From Patescibacteria group bacterium (lineage in GTDB: Bacteria; Patescibacteriota; Minisyncoccia; UBA6257; 2-01-FULL-56-20), in the NCBI GenBank assembly GCA_024654525.1, contig JANLHI010000022.1:3931-67930 (forward strand): 64,000 bases of DNA, given 5' to 3'. A program made the position numbers and the translations under genes. Below are positions 8,435-16,653 of this stretch, piece by piece. The notes under the pieces are model-generated. The model was not told the origin of the DNA and searched no databases. It worked only from the letters and a program-made list of their open reading frames with translations. Within the stretch, counting starts at the first letter, position 1; the number at the start of each line of letters is the position of its first letter.

Positions 8435-10105
8435 CTACTCCCCCGCTTCGGCAAGTTGAATTTCTCCGAGAATCAATTCGTGATCCACTTTTGGTATCAG
8501 CGGTGTCGGTTGCCCGATGGGGGTGTTGGCGGCAAGCGGCGAATATCTCCAACTCACATCGTCCGTGCCTAGATAGGCATTTAGCCTCTCTGTTACACCT
8601 GGGAAGAATGGTGCGGTAAGACGCCGTAAGGCGTCCGCCACCTCCATGCACACTTTGAGTGTTTCGGCGACGTGCGCCTTGTTGCTCTCGATGTTTCTCC
8701 ATGGCGCGCGGTGCTCGATATAGACGTTTGCCTTCCGTGAGAAGTTGAGAATACTCACCAGCGCTTGCCTCAATTCTCCCTTTTCGATGAACGCCCCCAC
8801 TTCTCTTAACGCAGTGGGTGATGCCATCCAAAGAACAACACTTTCATCGCTTACCGGCACACCACTATTGGGCACGGCACCGAAGTACCGATGCGTCATC
8901 GAAAACGTGCGGTTCCAGAAGTTCCCGAGATTTCCAACCAAGTCGGCATTCACCCGTGCTTCGAAGTCATCCCACCGAAATGTACTGTCTTTGCTTTCCG
9001 GCGAGTTGAGTGTGAGGTAGAACCGGATTGCGTCCGGATCGAATTTTGCAAGCGCATTCGGCAACCAAATGCCGATATTCTTGCTCTTCGAAAGCTTCAC
9101 GCCTCCGAAGTTCAAGAACTCGCTTGAGATGATTCTGTTCGGGAGGTGAAGCCCGAGCGCCATGAGCATCGCCGGCCAAATGATGGTGTGAAACGGAATA
9201 TTATCCTTCCCGTGCACGTAATAGTGCACCGCCTCCGGATTATCCCACCATTCGCGCCACGCTTCGGGAAGCCCTTCGGTTTGAAGGGACGCCCATTCGC
9301 GCGAACAAGACAGGTAGCCAATCACCGCTTCAAACCACACATACATCACCTTCTCGGTGAACCCTTCAACCGGCACCGGAATACCCCATGAGAGGTCCCG
9401 CGTAATGGGCCGGTCTTCGAGTCCCTTGGTAAGCCACGCCTCGGTAATTTTCACCGCGTTTTCCCGCCATCCTTCTTTTGACTTCTCCTTCCACTCCGCA
9501 AGATGTTTTTGAAACGCGGGCAGATGGAGATAAAGGTGTGTCGAAGGTTTCCAGACCGGTGTTGCGCCACACGTTCTGCAATGGGGCGCGATAAGATCAT
9601 GCGGGGTATGAAGATGCCCGCATGTATCACACTGATCACCACGCGCACCTTCCACCCCACACTTTGGATTCGGACATTTTCCTTCAATAAACCGATCAGG
9701 AAGCGTGCGATTACAGGTGTCGCACCGCGCCTGCTGTTCTTCACGCGTAACCATGTGGCCATCCGCATGAAGCTTCGCAAACACTTCTTGTGCTACTCCC
9801 TTGTGGAAGGCACCCATTGTCTTTGAGTACAACGAGTAGCTGAAACCGAGTTTCTTGACGAGCGTTTCCACAATCTCATCGTGGTACTGACCCGCCACTT
9901 CTTCCGGTGCTCTTCCTTCTTTGTCCGCGGTCACAAGAATCGGGGTGCCGTGGCAATCACTACCGGAGACAAAAAGCACATCGTCTCCATTTGCACGGTG
10001 ATACCGCGCGAGCACATCCGCCGGCAGTAATGCCGCGACGTGCCCCAAATGCAGCGAGCCATTGACGTATGGCCATGCCGCCGCAACCAATACCTTTTTT
10101 TTCAT
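8435..10105 (-). CDS. metG: Methionyl-tRNA synthetase
   Basis: HLGH (HIGH-class) and KLSKSK (KMSKS) motifs. Zn-knuckle cysteines. 556 aa. RBS GGAGGAA precedes the ATG. Confidence 0.9.
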   Translation of the reverse strand: MKKKVLVAAAWPYVNGSLHLGHVAALLPADVLARYHRANGDDVLFVSGSDCHGTPILVTADKEGRAPEEVAGQYHDEIVETLVKKLGFSYSLYSKTMGAFHKGVAQEVFAKLHADGHMVTREEQQARCDTCNRTLPDRFIEGKCPNPKCGVEGARGDQCDTCGHLHTPHDLIAPHCRTCGATPVWKPSTHLYLHLPAFQKHLAEWKEKSKEGWRENAVKITEAWLTKGLEDRPITRDLSWGIPVPVEGFTEKVMYVWFEAVIGYLSCSREWASLQTEGLPEAWREWWDNPEAVHYYVHGKDNIPFHTIIWPAMLMALGLHLPNRIISSEFLNFGGVKLSKSKNIGIWLPNALAKFDPDAIRFYLTLNSPESKDSTFRWDDFEARVNADLVGNLGNFWNRTFSMTHRYFGAVPNSGVPVSDESVVLWMASPTALREVGAFIEKGELRQALVSILNFSRKANVYIEHRAPWRNIESNKAHVAETLKVCMEVADALRRLTAPFFPGVTERLNAYLGTDDVSWRYSPLAANTPIGQPTPLIPKVDHELILGEIQLAEAGE

Positions 10106-10207
10106 ACTGATTCCTCCATATTAACTTGTTAAGGTCGTGCTGACGGCACGATTTTTCTTTTAAAGAACGCACACGCGTCCCCATTGAAAAACCGCCGAAG
10201 CAAGGAA

Positions 10208-10278
10208 TGACTGGGATGGGACTTGAACCCACAACCGGGTACTTATGAAGCACCTGCTCTACCTTGAGCTACCCAGTC
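10208..10278 (-). tRNA. tRNA-Met (anticodon CAT), elongator type. CCA not encoded.
   Basis: Manual cloverleaf: 7-bp acceptor with G1-C72, U8, D-stem GCTC/GAGC, anticodon loop TTCATAA, T-loop TTCAAGT, 71 nt. Not initiator-like: 1-72 are paired and there is no GGG/CCC run in the anticodon stem. Confidence 0.85.
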
Positions 10279-10388
10279 ATTGCGAAGCAAACGTATCACA
10301 AAATACCATCGCCAACAAGCGGAATGAGAGAACGCCCAACCCGAAGGTTGAGCGTTCAATGATTCTGAAATCCAAACAAACCACATGT

Positions 10389-11330
10389 CTAGACCGCGAC
10401 TAGATCGGCATTCCGCGTGACCCTTGATGCCCATGGCGCCGGAGCTTCCGGACGGTAGTGCCGGAACTGACCCATCCCGGCACCGATCTCTGTCCCGAGA
10501 CTGTGGAACTGGTACACATCCAATCCTCCTTGCGCGCAAATTTGCTCGAACGCATGGTGATTGGCGGATTCCGCGAAACCCGTCTCGGAGACAGGCGAGA
10601 ATCGTGACAGGCGTAGTCGGACAGGTAAACCGTTCAATAGTCCGACTAATTCTTCGGCATGCGCTTCCGCATCGTTGACGTCCTTGAGCAGGACATAATT
10701 TAGGACAACCCTCGTTCGGAGGGTGTCCGCGTATTCCACCGCGGCGGCGAGCACTTCGCCAATCGGGTATTGCCGTGTGATTGGCATCAGTTCCGTTCGC
10801 AGCTCATCGTTCGGCGCATGGAGCGACACCCGAAGCTGGAGGTTCGTCATGCGAAGACCCACGAGTTTGCGAATGCCGGGAGCAATCCCGACGGTCGAGA
10901 TGACAACCCGCATGTCGGGAGAAATGTGCTCCAACGCACTTTTCACCGCGCTGAAATTCAGCAACGGTTCTCCCATTCCGGTGAAAGAGACCTCGAGGCC
11001 TCGCGCCGGATATTGCGTATCGCCGAGCATCCCGTTGACTTGAAGGATAATCTCGTCGCCAGTCAGATTGCGTACGATTCCCTGCAAACCCGTGGCGCAA
11101 AACGCACACTTCATCGCGCAACCGATTTGGCTGGAGATGCACAGCGAATCGTACTCACGAGTTCTGAACTGGAGGTGAGCGCTTTCGACCGTATGTCCGT
11201 CACGGGTAGCCCAAACGTACTTTGTTACTACGCTACTTTCGGCTTTTGCCTGTAAGGACATTCGGCTCGCCGTATTGTTGATGTTATGCCCGCCGATGGT
11301 TTCCATCGAACGAGCGTTTCGCATGCCCAT
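10389..11330 (-). CDS. RlmN/Cfr-family radical SAM enzyme, N-terminally short. The ORF track start at 11429 is probably an over-extension.
   Basis: CISSQIGCAMKCAFCATG (CxxxCxxC), MGMGEPLLN and SLHAPNDELR match RlmN. GC about 62 %. A candidate start, MGMRNAR at 11330, lies inside inverted repeat A. An alternative start is at 11261. Confidence 0.75.
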   Translation of the reverse strand: MGMRNARSMETIGGHNINNTASRMSLQAKAESSVVTKYVWATRDGHTVESAHLQFRTREYDSLCISSQIGCAMKCAFCATGLQGIVRNLTGDEIILQVNGMLGDTQYPARGLEVSFTGMGEPLLNFSAVKSALEHISPDMRVVISTVGIAPGIRKLVGLRMTNLQLRVSLHAPNDELRTELMPITRQYPIGEVLAAAVEYADTLRTRVVLNYVLLKDVNDAEAHAEELVGLLNGLPVRLRLSRFSPVSETGFAESANHHAFEQICAQGGLDVYQFHSLGTEIGAGMGQFRHYRPEAPAPWASRVTRNADLVAV

Positions 11331-11343
11331 AGCATGCCCGTCT
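11310..11343. repeat. Inverted repeat A (34 bp), a perfect reverse complement of 12741..12774
   Basis: AGACGGGCATGCTATGGGCATGCGAAACGCTCGT on the minus strand. Covers -13 to +21 of the radical SAM start codon. Confidence 0.9.
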
Positions 11344-11674
11344 AGAATACATGTGGTATTCATAATTGTTAACGTACTGCGTACGACTCCCTTTATGAAG
11401 AATGATTTCCTATGGGGTCGCGCGTGCAACCCTCACAGCGTCTTACGACATTCATAATAAAGAGCCGTATAGAAATAATAGGAGTGCTTATAGAAAAGCG
11501 CAAACATGGAAACTGTGTGTATCTCGGATATCCTTTATAAATAGCTCATTACCGAACAAAAAAGCTATGTATAACAGCTGAAATGGCAAGCCGGCTAACC
11601 CATAAACATAGATTAGCCGACAAGGCATTATTTTCGAACATAATTCAGTTCTTCGACAGAGCGGTAACCGCTAT

Positions 11675-12457
11675 TCACAAATGATTTTTCATGCGCCCAA
11701 GCATAAATGCATGATCCCTCGGGTCGTACTTGCGCATGTAATATCGACATCTCAACTCTCTTCTCTCAATTACTCTGGGACGAGCGCATAAGCTGCAAAA
11801 CACGAATGGATACATCCTAAAAAAATCTGCAGATACGCGATCCCGAGAAAGGACTGCCGAATACTGGTGGCAACATTTACTTGCACACTCATCGCACACA
11901 GCTTCGTTTGGAGATAATTTATAGGAGTAATCCAACATTGCATCGCCACATTGTTTGCAACGAATTCCGCCCGTAACAACAACCGCCCGTTTTCCTTCAA
12001 AATCAGTTTCACCAAGAAAAACCAGCTTTCTACCACCATAGCGAGCAGTATTATTAAGATCATCAAGCACTTTTTCATCATCTCTCGTACTCCCGCACAG
12101 AAAGATAATGCGCCCTTGTTGCCTCAATTTCGAAAAAGCTTCTCTAAAAACCTCTTCATTATTGAATGTAGCAGTGGTAATTTTCTTACCATCAGTTATA
12201 ACAGTGCCAATTGAGTTCGAATTCAAACTGCAAAGCTCTAAACTGACTTCGTTAAAAGAACCGCCACAAGGATTCTGAAAAAGAACCCAGAGAGATTTCT
12301 CACTACCAGTTACATTGTTCACACACATCCATGAGATATGCTTAATCGAATCTCCCGGCTTGAGTACCTCAACAACAGCGATAATATCTTCAGCCTCACC
12401 CGTTTCAATCGGCACCAATGTATAAGTCGCCGTTTCTTCATCACAGATAATTTTCAT
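11675..12457 (-). CDS. Hypothetical 260-aa protein with C-terminal CxxC..CxxC zinc ribbon and an Arg/Cys-rich basic tail
   Basis: RBS AAGGA 8 nt before ATG 12457 (MKIICDEE). The ORF track version (start 12652) has an implausible N-terminus. About 40 % GC, unlike its flanks. Confidence 0.5.
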   Translation of the reverse strand: MKIICDEETATYTLVPIETGEAEDIIAVVEVLKPGDSIKHISWMCVNNVTGSEKSLWVLFQNPCGGSFNEVSLELCSLNSNSIGTVITDGKKITTATFNNEEVFREAFSKLRQQGRIIFLCGSTRDDEKVLDDLNNTARYGGRKLVFLGETDFEGKRAVVVTGGIRCKQCGDAMLDYSYKLSPNEAVCDECASKCCHQYSAVLSRDRVSADFFRMYPFVFCSLCARPRVIERRELRCRYYMRKYDPRDHAFMLGRMKNHL

Positions 12458-12576
12458 AACATAATTCCTTTTTGAAATTTTCAATTTGCGCAAACGGTGA
12501 AGAATTGAGTGTAGCAAGCAGAACATCAAATGACAACCAGCTACAAGAGAATAAAACGCCAGACTTAGCAACCCCG

Positions 12577-12604
12577 TTGACACACCAAAAAAAAGTACTA
12601 TTAT
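12577..12604 (+). promoter_or_regulatory. Sigma70-like promoter (TTGACA-16-TATTAT) about 150 nt upstream of metK
   Basis: Sequence match only. Confidence 0.45.
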
Positions 12605-12740
12605 CCCCTTACAATCCTTATTGTACGCACCGCAAGGTGCTGCGTGAATCAACTTTGTTGATTTCGTAGGAAATTATTTCTTTACAAGAAGAGTTGCAAC
12701 GTTTAGTTCATTCAAAACTTATGAGTACTCCAAGTACCCA

Positions 12741-12774
12741 AGACGGGCATGCTATGGGCATGCGAAACGCTCGT
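12741..12774. repeat. Inverted repeat B (34 bp)
   Basis: Identical to the reverse complement of 11310..11343. Covers -13 to +21 of the metK start (ATG 12754). Confidence 0.9.
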
Positions 12775-13860
12775 GTTGTGGCGGTTGAATTCGTCACGCC
12801 CGGGCATCCAGATAAGGTCTGCGATCAAATTGGAGACAGTATCCTTGACGCCGCAATCACTCAAGATCCACTTTCGCGAGTTGCCCTTGAGACAACCGGC
12901 GGACATGGTCTCGTGATGGTAAATGGCGAGATGACTACCAAAGCCGACCTCGATATTGTTAGCATCGTGCAAAGAAAGTATGCCGAAATTGGACATGACC
13001 GTTCCATCGAAGTACTCCTTCGCATCGTTCAGCAGTCTCCGGACATTGCACAGGGAGTTGACGACTGTGCTGCCGCTGGCAAAGACAGCGATGAACAAGG
13101 AGCGGGAGATCAGGGAGTCATGGTGGGTTACGCCATCGGTGGCGAGGCAAACTTCATGCCGCAGGCATATAACCTCGCAAAAGCGCTCACTGACCGACTA
13201 ACGGAAGTGAGAGTTCGAGGGATTCTCCCTCACGTAAAGGCTGACGGCAAAAGCCAGGTCACTTTGGTGAACGGCGTTGTCACTCGCGTGACCATCGCCG
13301 CACATCACAGCGACACAGTCGGGCTTGAACAACTGCGCGCAGATATTCTCAAAGATGTCGTGCAGGTGGTCATCCCCGGAATCAACGGCGACGCTGTCAC
13401 CATCAACGGCACCGGAAAGTTCGTGCAAGGCGGTTTCGAAGCTGACGCGGGAACTACCGGTCGCAAATTGGCAGTGGACAATTATGGTCCTCTGGTTGAA
13501 ATCGGCGGCGGATGCTATTCGGGAAAGGATCCTTCGAAAGTGGATCGGAGTGCGGCATATTTCTGCCGGATGGTGGCAAAGGCCATTGTTGCGGGAGGCC
13601 ACGCGAACGAAGCAGTCGTGAAGGTGGGCTACGCCATCGGCGTCGCAAAACCGACATTCCTGTCGGTGCTGACTCCTCTTGATGGAGAAGCGGCCGAAAA
13701 ATTCGAAGCGCATGTGCTGTCGAAGTTCGATTTTCGGCCCAAAGCCATCATCGAACGTCTCGGGCTCCGGAAACCCGACGGCTGGTGCTATGCCGACACT
13801 GCCGCAGCGGGTCACTACGGGGATGACCGGTTCCCGTGGGAAAAAGTGGTGGAGATCTAA
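12754..13860 (+). CDS. metK: S-adenosylmethionine synthetase
   Basis: GHPDKVCDQIGD, GGGCYSGKDPSKVDRSAAY. GC about 62 %. The ORF track start at 12694 is probably over-extended. MGMRNAR..VEFVTPGHPDK aligns with the MetK N-terminus. Confidence 0.9.
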   Translation: MGMRNARVVAVEFVTPGHPDKVCDQIGDSILDAAITQDPLSRVALETTGGHGLVMVNGEMTTKADLDIVSIVQRKYAEIGHDRSIEVLLRIVQQSPDIAQGVDDCAAAGKDSDEQGAGDQGVMVGYAIGGEANFMPQAYNLAKALTDRLTEVRVRGILPHVKADGKSQVTLVNGVVTRVTIAAHHSDTVGLEQLRADILKDVVQVVIPGINGDAVTINGTGKFVQGGFEADAGTTGRKLAVDNYGPLVEIGGGCYSGKDPSKVDRSAAYFCRMVAKAIVAGGHANEAVVKVGYAIGVAKPTFLSVLTPLDGEAAEKFEAHVLSKFDFRPKAIIERLGLRKPDGWCYADTAAAGHYGDDRFPWEKVVEI

Positions 13861-13900
13861 AGATCTCACAGGGTAGGAAGGGGTACCCAGTATGTTTTTA

Positions 13901-13941
13901 ACAAAAAAGTGCCTTCGCTCACGCGAAGGTACTTTAATTTT
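13901..13941. terminator. Bidirectional intrinsic terminator (CCTTCGC-tcac-GCGAAGG flanked by A- and T-runs)
   Basis: Lies between convergent metK (+) and the NUDIX gene (-). Confidence 0.55.
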
Positions 13942-13968
13942 CCCACTAATTTCTCACATGGGAATGCC

Positions 13969-14448
13969 TCAACTCCTTTTCAAAAATATCTTCAACATCT
14001 CAACCTCTATTCCAATCTGCGAATGAAGCGGGGAAGGAAGCTGGTCTAACGCGAACCATCCTATTTCGTCTATCTTCTCCGGGTCACCGTTCTTAACTTT
14101 TGCAGGGTCAACCAACACCCAATGCATGTTTTTTACCCAATGAGTAGACAATCCGTTGTGCGTGCGGAGTACATTTTTTGTAGTCACATATTCGATTTCA
14201 AGCGGTACCACGCCGTATTCCTCCAGAACCTCGCGTGCCACCGTGTCTTCAAACGTTTCGCCAAATTCCATCGCTCCTCCGCCACAATCCCATACATCCT
14301 GTTCATCGCGACACTTTTTGCTCCGCTTGTGCATAAGTATGCGCCCTTCCGTGTCATAGCACCAAAACACGCAGTTCACACCGATATAATCAACACCGCG
14401 CTTCATATCCCGCTTTTGATATTCCGGAGATTTCTGATCGGGAATCAT
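13969..14448 (-). CDS. NUDIX hydrolase
   Basis: Nudix box GGGAMEFGETFEDTVAREVLEEYG. Confidence 0.85.
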   Translation of the reverse strand: MIPDQKSPEYQKRDMKRGVDYIGVNCVFWCYDTEGRILMHKRSKKCRDEQDVWDCGGGAMEFGETFEDTVAREVLEEYGVVPLEIEYVTTKNVLRTHNGLSTHWVKNMHWVLVDPAKVKNGDPEKIDEIGWFALDQLPSPLHSQIGIEVEMLKIFLKRS

Positions 14449-14450
14449 GG

Positions 14451-15209
14451 CTATTCAACCCTCTTCGACTGATGCTCTTTCAAAAATCCTGAAAATCCCT
14501 TTATCATCTCCAACGGCACCGTGAATACTACTGTGTTTGACTGATCCGAAGAGATATCATTGATGGATTGCAATGTGCGAAGGTGAAGCGCTCCGTCCAC
14601 CGCAGAGAGTATCTTTGCCGCTTCCGCCATGTTTTGAGCCGCGGCAAGCTCCCCTTCTGAATTGATAATAACCGCGCGTTTTTCCCGTTCCGCTTCCGCT
14701 TGTTTCGCAATCGTTCGCTCCATGTCCGCCGGTAAACTTACATCTTTAAGCTCCACATTACTCACTTTAAGTCCCCATTCATCCGTCTCTTTGTCCACGA
14801 TTTCACGAATTCGGTCAGCAAGCTTTTCCCGATTTGCCAGAAGTTCATCTAAACTTACTTCCCCCACGATGTTCCGCATGGTAGTTTGTGCAAATTGAGA
14901 AATTGCATAGTAAAAATCCTGCACTTCAAGAATCGCTTTTTCCGCGGACTGCACACGATAATAAATCACCGCGTTTACCGTGACCGATACATTGTCGCGC
15001 GTGATTGCTTTTTGATCCGGCACATCCACGGCTTTGATACGCATATCCACCTTCTGATAGCTTTGAAACACGGGAATTACGATCCGCCATCCCGGCTCCA
15101 TTACATTACTGAAACGCCCCATCGTAAATTTCAAACCACGTTCATACTGATTCACCTGTCGCAAGCTTGCAATCAGAAGCACAACAATTATTGATATATA
15201 TATCTCCAT
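14451..15209 (-). CDS. SPFH/band-7 (stomatin/HflC-like) membrane protein
   Basis: N-terminal TM helix followed by an SPFH-like region. Start chosen at MEIYISII (15209). The ORF track extends it to 15278. Confidence 0.8.
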   Translation of the reverse strand: MEIYISIIVVLLIASLRQVNQYERGLKFTMGRFSNVMEPGWRIVIPVFQSYQKVDMRIKAVDVPDQKAITRDNVSVTVNAVIYYRVQSAEKAILEVQDFYYAISQFAQTTMRNIVGEVSLDELLANREKLADRIREIVDKETDEWGLKVSNVELKDVSLPADMERTIAKQAEAEREKRAVIINSEGELAAAQNMAEAAKILSAVDGALHLRTLQSINDISSDQSNTVVFTVPLEMIKGFSGFLKEHQSKRVE

Positions 15210-15243
15210 AAGTGTATTATACCATATATAATTCATCCTTATC

Positions 15244-15627
15244 ATGCAATTCCACCACACCTCCTTAAGCGTCAGCAATCTTGAAACAAGCCTTATATTT
15301 TATACAACCATGCTTGGTTTTAAAGAAATTAAGCGATTTGAGCGTCCCGACCTGGGAGGCAAAGCGACACTACTCGAACTTGGCGGATATCATCTTGAAC
15401 TTTGGCAATTTGACGCGACAAAACCAAACAAGGACGATTTTTCCGACCTCCACACGCGTGGCATTAAACACCTCGCGTTTCGCGTGGAAAATGTCGAGCA
15501 TGTCTATCACACACTTACCGCACAAGGCATTACCGCTACGGAACCAAAACAAGGCTCTATGGCAAAATATATTTTTATAAAAGATCCCGACGGTTTTCCC
15601 ATCGAAATTCTTGAAATGCTCAACTGA
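15244..15627 (+). CDS. VOC/glyoxalase I family protein
   Basis: HTSLSVSNLETSLIFYTTMLGF..HLAFRVENVE. Confidence 0.8.
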   Translation: MQFHHTSLSVSNLETSLIFYTTMLGFKEIKRFERPDLGGKATLLELGGYHLELWQFDATKPNKDDFSDLHTRGIKHLAFRVENVEHVYHTLTAQGITATEPKQGSMAKYIFIKDPDGFPIEILEMLN

Positions 15628-15639
15628 CAACTTTTATCT

Positions 15640-15987
15640 ATGCACCTTCTTCGCACCAATAAAATGTACGAAAAATATGTTCGTTTTATACATAAAGGCG
15701 GTCTTCGCGAAGAATGCGTGCTTTGCACAAAAAAACCGATTAAGTCCTTCCGTTATTGGCGCATTATTATGAATGATTTTCCTTATAACAGAATCACCAA
15801 CATTCATCATATGATAGTCCCGAAACGGCACACCGTAGAAGCAAAACTCACAAAGAAAGAGAGGGAAGAACTCCAAAAATTGAAAATGAGGTATGTGAGC
15901 CCGAATTATACTTTTATTATGGAGGCATCCCATAAAGACAAGTCCATCCCCTCACACTTCCATCTCCATCTTGTGGTGATTAAGTAA
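15640..15987 (+). CDS. HIT-family-like protein
   Basis: C-terminal HFHLHLVV (HxHxHxx). Confidence 0.55.
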   Translation: MHLLRTNKMYEKYVRFIHKGGLREECVLCTKKPIKSFRYWRIIMNDFPYNRITNIHHMIVPKRHTVEAKLTKKEREELQKLKMRYVSPNYTFIMEASHKDKSIPSHFHLHLVVIK

Positions 15988-16585
15988 GAGGAAATAAAAC
16001 TTCCTTAATCCCCGCCATCGCATCAATCACCAATTGAATATGCTCGGCGCGATTGACTCCTAACTCGGCAATTCCCTGCTCAATATCTTCACGGCTTACT
16101 TTCGCCGCGAATCTTTTTTCCTTAAGCCGTTTTTCAACCGATTGCACATTGAGACTTGCGAATTTATCCGGTTTCATATGCGCAATCGCCATCACAAACC
16201 CGCAAAGCTCATCCACCGCAAACAGGCATTTTGCGGCATTGGTATCACGTGGTACACCCGAATATAGTGCGTGCCCCAGAATAATCCGCATTACTTCTTC
16301 CGGATATTCCTTTTCACGTAGAATCTTCTCTCCTTCAAACGGATGTCCCGTTCTTGCATCCGCATCGGGCTTGCCCGCCATAGCTTCAGCGACGGCGGGA
16401 ACGGGGTACTTCTCATAATCAAAATCATGGAGTAGCCCGCAGATACCCCACAACTCCTCATCCTCGCTATATTTTTTCGCATATGCGCGCATGGCGGCTT
16501 CAACCGACAAACAATGTTTACGCAAACTCTCCGACTGAACATATTCGGCAAGAAGCTTCCATGCTTCATCGCGATTTGGAATCAT
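15980..16585 (-). CDS. HD-domain phosphohydrolase
   Basis: LLHDFDY, with His/Asp motifs. Confidence 0.8.
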   Translation of the reverse strand: MIPNRDEAWKLLAEYVQSESLRKHCLSVEAAMRAYAKKYSEDEELWGICGLLHDFDYEKYPVPAVAEAMAGKPDADARTGHPFEGEKILREKEYPEEVMRIILGHALYSGVPRDTNAAKCLFAVDELCGFVMAIAHMKPDKFASLNVQSVEKRLKEKRFAAKVSREDIEQGIAELGVNRAEHIQLVIDAMAGIKEVLFPLT

Positions 16586-16653
16586 ACAATCATTGTACCC
16601 ATAATAACCGTATTACGGCAATTTATTTAGCAATATCTAAGTAACGTATTACA

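Noticed and set aside
10770-11255. 161-aa plus-strand ORF, and the 10804..11142 minus-strand ORF, inside the radical SAM gene
   Set aside because: They overlap a motif-rich radical SAM frame. Low-complexity Arg-rich translations.
11299-12780. Target-site duplications flanking the 34-bp inverted repeats, as expected for a transposon or MITE
   Set aside because: The outer flanks (catcga versus gttgtg) do not match, so there is no support for classical transposition.
13198-13869. 223-aa minus-strand ORF overlapping metK
   Set aside because: Antisense to an unmistakable MetK. High-GC DNA produces long spurious antisense ORFs.
13885-13905. Partial resemblance (CCCAgtaTGTTTTT) to the end of the 55-bp repeat, at the right edge of the GC-rich block
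   Set aside because: Too short and imperfect to count as a third repeat copy.
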